Below, piece after piece: positions 47,289 to 56,290 of a stretch of 64,000 nt of DNA; positions within the stretch are counted from its first letter, which is position 1; every line of letters starts with the position of its first letter. Position numbers and translations under genes: made by a program. A model generated the notes under the pieces. That model made no database searches and was not told where the DNA came from. It saw only the letters and a list, made by a program, of their open reading frames with translations. The stretch comes from an uncultured Clostridia bacterium. Lineage in GTDB: Bacteria; Bacillota; Clostridia; Oscillospirales; CAG-272. The stretch spans positions 141-64,140 of the forward strand of contig CANRMP010000013.1 in assembly GCA_947631765.1 (NCBI GenBank), in the 5' to 3' direction.

Positions 47289-49811
47289 GTGTTAATAGTG
47301 AGCGATTTAGAAATGAGAAGTCTCATGGCATCAGGTAATAAGCAATCAAAATGGGAAATCCATGAAGACGTTATCCTTCTTGCTGGTTACCTCGAATGGT
47401 TGCAAACAAACCAGCCAAAATCTAAAATTGTTAAGCGCATTTCTGCAGACTTGCGCCAAATGGCGGTAAATCGCGGCATTGAAATAGATAGCATCTACCG
47501 AAATGAGAATGGAATTTCATACCAGATTCAGAGCATGGATTCTGCATACAAAGGCAAAAAGGTGTATGTCCCAGCAACAAGATTATTTAAAGAAACCGTG
47601 GAGTTGTACCGCACAGACACAGAGAGATACTTCAAAATACTTGAGGAGGCCAAAAGCATGATTGCAGCCAAACAGGATAACAAAGATGCTTTCTTAGCAT
47701 GGGCTGAATCTACCTTTTCGGCCAATAGATATAAATGGATAGAGAAAAATATTCTGAAAATGGAGGAACTAGCTATTTCCTCTGCATTAATAACCGGCTC
47801 ACTATTTGAAGTTACGGATTTAGAAACACTGCAAACTATTTATAAAACAGCGGAAAAAAACGTATTTTTCAGAATAAAAAACAGAAAATTTTTCAGGAAA
47901 ATAGTTGATGATTTTAAAATTTATATACAGTATTGTACACGACTGCCGAAAAAAGAAAACCAAGGAGCTGATGTAAAATCCTCTGATATTGTCAACAATG
48001 CAAAAGCGCAAAGCGCTATCGTTCCTTCGAAGGAATCGGGTGTCAAGGCGACATCATCTAATGATTTGATTTCTGAAAATATTTCTAAATCAGCCTCTTG
48101 CGAAGCCGAATTTCTTAACTATTTACAGAATACTGCCAAACTTTCTACTAACACTTGCGCTGCGTATGTTTCCTCCGTTAAAAGTGCAGAACGCTATGCC
48201 ATTGAGCATGGTCTTGCTTCCTGTTCTCTTTTCAATAAGAACGAAGAAACAATTATAGCAACGGCAACAGAATTGTACGGCAAGCCAGATTTCATTAAGT
48301 TTAATGAACAACAACATAATCGTTTTAGCGCTGCGATTAACAAACTACTAGAATCAATAGGCGCTAAAATTCCAGAAAAGGCACTTGTGTCTCGTGGAGG
48401 CAATCACGATCATCAAAGTATTACCTCGCCACAGGTAAATAGTGATATAGTTGCAGTGCTGAAGCAGCACTATGAGTATGGATTCAAATATGATTCTATA
48501 AGGGAGCTTATGCGCTTCCGTCAATTTGCGGATGCGATGAGTATCACGCTCCCGGAAGAAGATGAAATTTTAAAAGCTTCTATCCTGTCATCCGGCACTC
48601 TTATTGACGACAAGGTGTACTACAAAAGTGACGATATGCTGCAGGAACTTCAGCGCATCATTGATGATGTATTTTCTTCCGGTGCAGGCGTTATTTACTA
48701 TGAAAGTCTATTTGAAAACAAGCAGGAATGGATGGAGTCCCATGTGATTACCTCTCCCGATATGCTCAAGGAGTATCTTCAGCATAATATCTCAGGGTAT
48801 TCCTTCTCAAAGAAGTTCATGGTTAAAGGTAACAGATGTTCTGAAAAGGAAGCTGTCACTGATGAGTTAAAAAGAATTTGGGGAACACATCCGGTGGAAA
48901 GCGTATACAAGCTGAATGATTGTCTGCCGTACATCCCGCTAGAAAATATCTGGCGTGTGATATCTGGGAATGACCTTTTTGTATTAGCCTCCGAGGGGGA
49001 ATATTTGTTTATCGACCGTTTCCGTATCACAAAAGACGAGGAAGAAGATATTCTCGACTTTGTGGACGAGACTTGTGAGGAAAATGGTTTTGCTTCGCTT
49101 TGCGATGTTCCTCTGGGCAGTATTGAAGAAGAGAACTACGAGCTTACGCAAGCCACAATATACAATGCAATATATAAAAAAATACTATCCAGCAAATATC
49201 ATCTGAACGGGAAGATCCTTACAAAGGAAAAATCTGAGTTGGATGTCGTAATGCTACTGAAGCAGTACATAAAAAATAAGGACGAATGCACCTTTGATGA
49301 GGTCTCAGATAAGGTGGTAGAATTGACCGGGGGGATAAACCGTCAATATGCATTTCAGGCGCTTTATGATAATATGGTGCGCATAGACAAAAACCATTTT
49401 GTGGCAGATCGGTTTGTAGATTTTTCTATAGACGAAGTTGATACCGTATTAGCTGATTTTGTTACAGATCATTTTCGAGCAATTCGTGATATAACCACCT
49501 TTGCCATGTTTCCTATCTGCGGGCAAAACTGGAACCATTATTTGCTAGAAAGTTTTTGCTATAAATACAGTAGCAAATACAGCCTCCATGTACTTAACTT
49601 CAACGATAAGAATGCCGGGATTATTGCAGAAAGAGATTTTAACAAGAAATATAACGAAATGCTTGCCATTGCCCTTGCAAGAACTGATATAGAACTGCTA
49701 CCGGAAGTTATCGGGGAATACCTGTTCAACATGGGTTATATGGCCAAGCGCAAATATGCCAAGCTGGACGAAATTGCGCAACAAGCTTTGATATTACGGA
49801 AAGAGAGGTGA
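47289..49811 (+). CDS. Large protein of unknown function, first gene of the BREX-like operon
   Basis: 840-aa ORF with no P-loop, methyltransferase or nuclease motif visible. Its stop lies 4 nt before the brxP start. The start is uncertain (GTG 47289, ATG 47313 or ATG 47325). Confidence 0.6.
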   Translation: MLIVSDLEMRSLMASGNKQSKWEIHEDVILLAGYLEWLQTNQPKSKIVKRISADLRQMAVNRGIEIDSIYRNENGISYQIQSMDSAYKGKKVYVPATRLFKETVELYRTDTERYFKILEEAKSMIAAKQDNKDAFLAWAESTFSANRYKWIEKNILKMEELAISSALITGSLFEVTDLETLQTIYKTAEKNVFFRIKNRKFFRKIVDDFKIYIQYCTRLPKKENQGADVKSSDIVNNAKAQSAIVPSKESGVKATSSNDLISENISKSASCEAEFLNYLQNTAKLSTNTCAAYVSSVKSAERYAIEHGLASCSLFNKNEETIIATATELYGKPDFIKFNEQQHNRFSAAINKLLESIGAKIPEKALVSRGGNHDHQSITSPQVNSDIVAVLKQHYEYGFKYDSIRELMRFRQFADAMSITLPEEDEILKASILSSGTLIDDKVYYKSDDMLQELQRIIDDVFSSGAGVIYYESLFENKQEWMESHVITSPDMLKEYLQHNISGYSFSKKFMVKGNRCSEKEAVTDELKRIWGTHPVESVYKLNDCLPYIPLENIWRVISGNDLFVLASEGEYLFIDRFRITKDEEEDILDFVDETCEENGFASLCDVPLGSIEEENYELTQATIYNAIYKKILSSKYHLNGKILTKEKSELDVVMLLKQYIKNKDECTFDEVSDKVVELTGGINRQYAFQALYDNMVRIDKNHFVADRFVDFSIDEVDTVLADFVTDHFRAIRDITTFAMFPICGQNWNHYLLESFCYKYSSKYSLHVLNFNDKNAGIIAERDFNKKYNEMLAIALARTDIELLPEVIGEYLFNMGYMAKRKYAKLDEIAQQALILRKER

Positions 49812-49815
49812 CTGT

Positions 49816-52113
49816 ATGTATTCCTATACTTTTGATTCGAGAACAGGCGGAATCATACTAAATTCAACTCCTACAAATTTTTCCAAAGAACCAAGGCCTG
49901 TTTACGCTGCGGAGTTGGAAATTCTTGGCTTTGATAAATACTGGGATTACGACAAACAGAACGACATGCCCTATATGTGGGCAGAGTCTAATCTTTACTG
50001 GTATAGGGGCGTGCAGATAGCCAAGACAAAAGGCGGTGACCTTTATACAGCTCCGGAACTTCAACCAACCAGAGATGAAAACGGTCGGATACCCTTTAGC
50101 AAGTTTGACGGTTCAACGTTGGAACATATGGACATAGAAGCTATGTGTGCCGCCAATGAAGATTTGCTTACCGTTATAGAGGATTCCACTGTAAAGAAAA
50201 TTGTTAAGGAGTATGAAAAGTTTAAAGGCAAATTGGATATCTTTCATGTGGCTTTCTCGGGTGGTAAAGATAGTGCAGTGCTGTTGGATCTTGTAAAGAA
50301 GGCACTGCCCAAAGGTAGCTTCGTTGTGATTTTCGGAGATACTGGCATGGAGTTTCCAGATACTTATGAGGCAGTAGAGAAAACAAAAAAGCAATGCGAA
50401 GCGGATGGTACTCCCTTCTATATTGCCCGTTCGCATTTTGAACCTAAAGAATCATGGGAGCTTTTCGGCCCACCGTCATGCACGTTAAGATGGTGCTGCA
50501 GTGTGCATAAAAGCACACCACAAACGCTGAAAATGAGAGAGATAACCGGAAAAGAAAATTACACCGGACTGGATTTTGTTGGAGTGAGAAAACACGAGAG
50601 CCTTGCTCGGAGCACTTATGAATATGAGAATTACGGCAAAAAGCAAAAGGGACAACATAGCTTTAATCCTTTGCTGGAGTGGACTTCGGCTGAAATATGG
50701 CTCTATATGTATGCACGCAATTTAGTTGTCAACAAGGCTTACATAAAGGGTAATTCTCGTGCTGGATGCCTCTTATGCCCTATGTCGGGCGGATATAGTG
50801 ATTTTATTCGTAGATATAACTATACAGAGAACATCGACTCATTTATCGATATTATCAAACGGAAGAATAACTGGGATAGCTATAGTGAAGCTGAACTCCA
50901 TTCTTATGTAACATCTGGTGGGTGGGATAATCGAAGAAGCGGCAGAGGAATAGCGGGGAATGTTCTAAAGTACAAAGAAAAGGCCTCTGAAGGCGAAATA
51001 ACCATAGAGATAATAAATCCAAATTCAAATTGGAAAGAATGGATTAAGACGGCCGATACCACAACTATACCAATAAAGATAAAAGAAAACTCAAATGGTG
51101 CCACTTTTGTTTTATTAGAGAAAGATGTAAAAGCGCATCCGACCGCCGGAAAGATTATTAGGCAGTCTCTTAAAAAAGCAGCTTATTGTGTAGGATGTCG
51201 AGTTTGTGAAACTAACTGCAAGGGTGGACACATACATTTTGAAAACGGAAAGGTAGCAATTACAGATTGCATACAATGTCACGAATGTCACGATATACCC
51301 GCAGGATGCCACGCATACAATTCGTTGAAAATTCCACAAGGAGAAAAAAAGATGAAGACAATAAACTGTTTCGATGACCACGCCCCGAAAAGGGATTGGC
51401 TTGTATCATTCTTTGATTTGCAAGATGAGTTTTTTACGGAGCACACTCTGGGTCCTAATATGTTCACGCATTTCAAGCGGTTTCTTCGTGACGCTCACCT
51501 CATAGATGGTAACAAGTGCACGGATTTTTCTGCATTAATTTGTGATTTGGGATGGGAGAGCGATACTGCGCTTGCATTAATGCTTGTAAATCTCTCTTAT
51601 GAAAATGCCCAATTCGAATGGTACATCAATCAAATGGATATTGGCTATTTTTATGAGAACAAATTATTAAAAGAGAGATTGATGGCTGACGACATAAAAG
51701 AAAAAGCCGCTAATTCGATTGTAAAGTCTTTCAAACGTATAGTTAGCACCCCGTTCGGAACTGTTTTGAACTTTGGATATGTAACTGATGACGATGATAT
51801 GGTACGTACTAAGTGCTCCATCAGTGATAATCGAGTTGTACTTTATGCACTTTATAAATTTGCCGAAAAGTGTAACCTAGATAAAGAATTTCATGTTTCT
51901 TATCTCTACAACGATACTATTGAACGTGACGGCGTCAGTCCCGTGCGCATCTTTGGCTTGTATGATGAAGAGGAATTCAAATCCATTCTCTTGGGGCTTT
52001 CCTCTGTATACCCGGAATTTATCAATGCAACATTCACCAACGATCTGCAAACCATCACTCTACGTGATAAGACAAGCGACGATGTGCTGAACCTGTTTAA
52101 GGAGGAAATATAA
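49816..52113 (+). CDS. brxP: BrxP-like PAPS-reductase/DndC-like PP-loop ATP pyrophosphatase with a Cys-rich (Fe-S-like) insert and a C-terminal extension
   Basis: PP-loop FSGGKDS (50257-50274), RWCCSVHK, GVRKHES and RAGCLLCP. Cys cluster CVGCRVCETNC..CIQCHEC..GC at 51187-51309. The last roughly 265 aa are unassigned. Confidence 0.8.
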   Translation: MYSYTFDSRTGGIILNSTPTNFSKEPRPVYAAELEILGFDKYWDYDKQNDMPYMWAESNLYWYRGVQIAKTKGGDLYTAPELQPTRDENGRIPFSKFDGSTLEHMDIEAMCAANEDLLTVIEDSTVKKIVKEYEKFKGKLDIFHVAFSGGKDSAVLLDLVKKALPKGSFVVIFGDTGMEFPDTYEAVEKTKKQCEADGTPFYIARSHFEPKESWELFGPPSCTLRWCCSVHKSTPQTLKMREITGKENYTGLDFVGVRKHESLARSTYEYENYGKKQKGQHSFNPLLEWTSAEIWLYMYARNLVVNKAYIKGNSRAGCLLCPMSGGYSDFIRRYNYTENIDSFIDIIKRKNNWDSYSEAELHSYVTSGGWDNRRSGRGIAGNVLKYKEKASEGEITIEIINPNSNWKEWIKTADTTTIPIKIKENSNGATFVLLEKDVKAHPTAGKIIRQSLKKAAYCVGCRVCETNCKGGHIHFENGKVAITDCIQCHECHDIPAGCHAYNSLKIPQGEKKMKTINCFDDHAPKRDWLVSFFDLQDEFFTEHTLGPNMFTHFKRFLRDAHLIDGNKCTDFSALICDLGWESDTALALMLVNLSYENAQFEWYINQMDIGYFYENKLLKERLMADDIKEKAANSIVKSFKRIVSTPFGTVLNFGYVTDDDDMVRTKCSISDNRVVLYALYKFAEKCNLDKEFHVSYLYNDTIERDGVSPVRIFGLYDEEEFKSILLGLSSVYPEFINATFTNDLQTITLRDKTSDDVLNLFKEEI

Positions 52114-52114
52114 G

Positions 52115-55100
52115 ATGTCGGTACAAAATCTGAAATATTGTGAATATTTTGATGTTGATGAAAAGTATTTTCCTTGTATTGACGAGTCCGCCATCAACAG
52201 CGGTGCGGCTTGGGATACTACTTACCCGCATCAGACCTTCATAGATCTGCTCACTCTGTCAGAAAAAATGCTAAGTGGCAGCACAAATCGTTCCATCTGG
52301 ATTCACGGTGCATATGGAACCGGTAAATCTCAGTGTGCTTATACGCTCAAAAAGTTATTGGAAGTGCCAGAAAATGAAGTTAGAGCATATTGGGACAAGT
52401 TTGAACCGCTAAAAAAGAATCCCGTTCTGCTGGAAAAACTTATCGGGCATAAAGCACAGGGCATAGTGACGGCCTACCGATATGCTTCCGGGAGCATTAC
52501 GACACCACAGCAACTTTTCTTTGCCGTGCAGGAAAGCATTAAAAAAGCATTAGATTCAAATGATGTTTCCTACAAGGGCGAAAACTCTCTAAAGGAAAGC
52601 GTTATTTCTTGGCTGCAAGACCCTATTCACAATCAATTTATGAACGCTTTGCTTCAGAAGTCAAAGTGGATGTCCACCTTTTCCCAGTCCTCTGCCGATG
52701 AGATCATAAACACATTGAAAAAAGGCAGCGACGTTTCATCTCTGATGGACAGTATTTTTAGCCTTGCCGCAGAAGAGGGTATTACAGCTCTTGATCTCTC
52801 CGCAGATTTTCTGCGTGACTGGATTGTGGATATTATCGATAAAAATAATATTAAACTCGTCCTTATCTGGGATGAATTCAGCGACTACTTCCGTCAAAAC
52901 AGTACATCTCTCGGCGAGTTTCAGAAAATCGTTTCCATCTGCCAAGAGAAACCTTTCTACTTCGTTATTGTTACGCATCCCCTATCCTCTCTTGCAAAAA
53001 AATTTGACAGCGGAGATAAGACCAATCCATGGTCTGTTGTGCAACAACGTTTTGATAAAGTGGAAATCACTTTACCAGACAACATTGCTTTTGACCTTAT
53101 CGGCCATGCGTTTAATGTAAAGCCCGCAGCAAAAGCAAGCTGGGTGCAGATGACTGGAGATTTGAATGCTTATGTGGCAAATGCTTGCAATGCCGTCATC
53201 AAAGTGGCAAATATTAGCGGCGAAAATGTGATGCGGGATATTTTGCCGATTCATCCAATTGCGGCACTCGTTCTAAAAAATATTGCCTCTGCTTTCCAGT
53301 CCAATCAGCGTAGCATGTTCGACTTTATCAAAACACCGAAAGATATGGATGTCAAGGCATTCCAGTGGTTTATCCAGAATACTAGCCCACTTTCCGACCG
53401 ACCCTATCTGACCGTAGATATGTTGTGGGACTTCTTTTATGAGAAGGGCAAAGATTACCTTTCTCCAGACATCAAGCTTATTTTGGACACCTTTCCTCAG
53501 CAAACGCAACTAAATGATAAAGAAAAAATCGTCCTGAAGACTATTTTGATTATGCAGTCTATTGACCAGAGGCTAGGCGGTACCCTGCCGATTCTAAAGC
53601 CTACTGATCAAAATCTCAGCTATGCGTTTGAAGGCGATGCCGGCGAACTAGAATCCTCCTGCAAGAGCATCGCAAAAGCTCTGGTAAAAAAGGGTATCTT
53701 GATTGAAAATCCGATTGCAGACGGCAAAAAAGTGTATTCCGCTGCTGTCCTTGCAGGTGATAGCGCCAAAATTGAGGCATTCAAAAAGGATATCCGTGAA
53801 AAGCAAGGCTCAACCACTAAGCTTGTCTCGGAAGGAGCTGCTGTCGCAACGGCACTTAGCCTTCCTCCTGCGCTGAAGCTTCGCTATGCGCTGGATCTGG
53901 AAAGCGGCAAACTGCCAGTTGTGACTATGTCCGATTTCAAGAAAGCTATGGATGCTTTGAAGAACAAAGATGCGGACTGGCACTTTTATGCCGTGCTTGC
54001 GTTAGCAAAGACCGACGAAGAAGCACAAAACTTCCGCACCCTGATAAAGAAAACCATCGCAGAGCCTGAATATAAAAATATTGCTATTATCGATGCTTTG
54101 TCCACACCTTTGGGATTAGAAGCTTTTGAGCAGTATGTAGATTACTCCGCTATGTCAATGTATTACAATGGCAACAACGGACAGCAATCAAAAGAAAATG
54201 CAAAAAAAGCAAAAGATGTGCTGGAGCGTGATTGGAAGGAACGTATTCACGACGGACAGTTCATAGTCTTTACCTATGCAAATCAGGACGGCGAAAAAGC
54301 AACCGGCGCTAGTGCTGTTCATACTATCATGCAAACGATTGTCCTGAATCGATTCAAGCATGTACAAGACTTTACAAAAGGCCTTTCTGAAACTCAGTTG
54401 AAGCTCACTACTCCAAAGCCCGTTGCAAAATATGGTATGGGTGGAATGGAAATCAAAGGACTGATTGCCGGATGTGAAAAGTCCGTTCTGGGTAAATTCT
54501 GGAACAAGAAAGAATATTGGAAAGATGAGTCTCTCTCAGACGAGCATATTGTCATTATAAAAAAGTCTGTTGACAAAATGATTAACGATGCTTTTAAGAG
54601 TAGTGGAAAGATTTCAATAGGTGAAATTTACGATCATTTAGAAACCACCTTCGGATTTTCCACCTGTAACCTTTCTGCATTCATTACTGGTTTTTTGCTA
54701 AAAGAATACAGCGCAGAGCCATATCGTTCCATGGATGCGGAAGGGCACAGGGATTCCATGACTCCAGACAAGCTGTCTGAGATGATTGGAAACTATATTG
54801 GTAAGAGTCCGAAATCCACCTATATTGTCAGCTTGACCGAAGAGGAAAAGGCGTTCTATGAACTCACGGAAAGCGCATGGAATATTACCGCCAACACATG
54901 CTCCTCGCCCCAGCAGGCAGGCACACTCGTTCTTTCGAAAATGAGAGACCTGTCATATCCTGTTTGGTGTCTGGAAGACGTGGACACCACGGGGGTATTT
55001 GACCTTGTTAAACTTTATATCAAGCTCGTGCAGAGTAAAGGCGATGATGCACACGATGTGGCCAATGAAATCGGTAAAATTGCAATTCAACGACCCTCAT

Positions 55101-56287
55101 CTGCGCATAATCTAAAGACACTGCTTACTCTTGAAAACTGCAAGAAGGGTATGCATATATTCCTTGAACGTTTTGAGGGCGGTAAACTGTTGAATGTTGC
55201 CAAAGAAATCGGTGCAGATGATTTCGTCATGACGGATATTAAAAAACTATTTAGCGTTCAGTATTCTGCCCTTTGGATTGGATCGACTGGAGAGGATGAA
55301 ATCCGCAAGCTCATCACTGAATATGAAGTTGTGAAATCTACAAACATTCTTCTGAATGTTACTGCTCATTCCAAGGATGCTGCATTTAAGGAATGGAGAG
55401 AAACATTGAAGTTTATCGGATTCTCCTGTGAATCAGTCAAGACCAAAAAACCTGCACTTGATAAGTTTTTCTACAGTTTACTGCGCATTGCAAACTACGA
55501 GGATATGCTCCCAGAGCATATAAAATTATTCCTTGAAGAGATGACCAATCATATGTCTGATATTCGGGGAATACTTAATAATCCTCTATTAGTCTTTATG
55601 GATATATATGCTCCCTATCTTGAAGGCTTTACTGAGGCAGAATGTGAGGAGATCAAAAATTCCATTACATCTGAGATGTTTACTGTCTCCTCCACAGCAA
55701 GCAATGCCGCCGTGAAAAAAGCTGCAGAAGACTATAAAAAAAGTCAGGTGAAGTCGCAGCTTTATAAACTTTGGAATGACAAGACAGGAGATAGTAAAAA
55801 TCCTCGCTCTTGGTCTGAAAAATACCGCACGCCCATCCTGTGCTGTATAAAAGATACTCAGTATAGTGCCGCAAGGAAAGTGTTTGCCACACTTAACAGT
55901 AGCACACAAAGCGAAGCGGATATCAAGGAGGCTTTGGAATTTCTTCAGAAAGCTGACTTCTTTGATGACATCGCTTCCGCTGATTATCGTGATGAGTGCT
56001 TTGCTAATCATATTATTGGTGATTACACAAGCCTAATTTCAGATATAAATGCGGTAAGGGATGCACTGGAAAGCACCGGGATTAGCGCCTATGAATGGAG
56101 TGACAACCCTTATATCAGAAGCAAGGTTGATAGTCTGGCAAATGCGGAATATAATGCAGGCGGCAGTGATAAGGTTGTCGACATCATTGAGGGCATGGCT
56201 GATGCAGAACTAAAGAAATGGTTGACCGACATTGTCAGGAAGGATATGGGCCTTGGCATCAAGATCATTATTAATAAGGAGGAGTAA
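52115..56287 (+). CDS. brxC: BrxC/PglY-like large P-loop ATPase
   Basis: 1390 aa. Walker A HGAYGTGKSQ near the N-terminus and Walker B LVLIWDEFSDY. Its size and its position between brxP and pglZ match BREX type 4. Confidence 0.7.
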   Translation: MSVQNLKYCEYFDVDEKYFPCIDESAINSGAAWDTTYPHQTFIDLLTLSEKMLSGSTNRSIWIHGAYGTGKSQCAYTLKKLLEVPENEVRAYWDKFEPLKKNPVLLEKLIGHKAQGIVTAYRYASGSITTPQQLFFAVQESIKKALDSNDVSYKGENSLKESVISWLQDPIHNQFMNALLQKSKWMSTFSQSSADEIINTLKKGSDVSSLMDSIFSLAAEEGITALDLSADFLRDWIVDIIDKNNIKLVLIWDEFSDYFRQNSTSLGEFQKIVSICQEKPFYFVIVTHPLSSLAKKFDSGDKTNPWSVVQQRFDKVEITLPDNIAFDLIGHAFNVKPAAKASWVQMTGDLNAYVANACNAVIKVANISGENVMRDILPIHPIAALVLKNIASAFQSNQRSMFDFIKTPKDMDVKAFQWFIQNTSPLSDRPYLTVDMLWDFFYEKGKDYLSPDIKLILDTFPQQTQLNDKEKIVLKTILIMQSIDQRLGGTLPILKPTDQNLSYAFEGDAGELESSCKSIAKALVKKGILIENPIADGKKVYSAAVLAGDSAKIEAFKKDIREKQGSTTKLVSEGAAVATALSLPPALKLRYALDLESGKLPVVTMSDFKKAMDALKNKDADWHFYAVLALAKTDEEAQNFRTLIKKTIAEPEYKNIAIIDALSTPLGLEAFEQYVDYSAMSMYYNGNNGQQSKENAKKAKDVLERDWKERIHDGQFIVFTYANQDGEKATGASAVHTIMQTIVLNRFKHVQDFTKGLSETQLKLTTPKPVAKYGMGGMEIKGLIAGCEKSVLGKFWNKKEYWKDESLSDEHIVIIKKSVDKMINDAFKSSGKISIGEIYDHLETTFGFSTCNLSAFITGFLLKEYSAEPYRSMDAEGHRDSMTPDKLSEMIGNYIGKSPKSTYIVSLTEEEKAFYELTESAWNITANTCSSPQQAGTLVLSKMRDLSYPVWCLEDVDTTGVFDLVKLYIKLVQSKGDDAHDVANEIGKIAIQRPSSAHNLKTLLTLENCKKGMHIFLERFEGGKLLNVAKEIGADDFVMTDIKKLFSVQYSALWIGSTGEDEIRKLITEYEVVKSTNILLNVTAHSKDAAFKEWRETLKFIGFSCESVKTKKPALDKFFYSLLRIANYEDMLPEHIKLFLEEMTNHMSDIRGILNNPLLVFMDIYAPYLEGFTEAECEEIKNSITSEMFTVSSTASNAAVKKAAEDYKKSQVKSQLYKLWNDKTGDSKNPRSWSEKYRTPILCCIKDTQYSAARKVFATLNSSTQSEADIKEALEFLQKADFFDDIASADYRDECFANHIIGDYTSLISDINAVRDALESTGISAYEWSDNPYIRSKVDSLANAEYNAGGSDKVVDIIEGMADAELKKWLTDIVRKDMGLGIKIIINKEE

Positions 56288-56290
56288 GAT

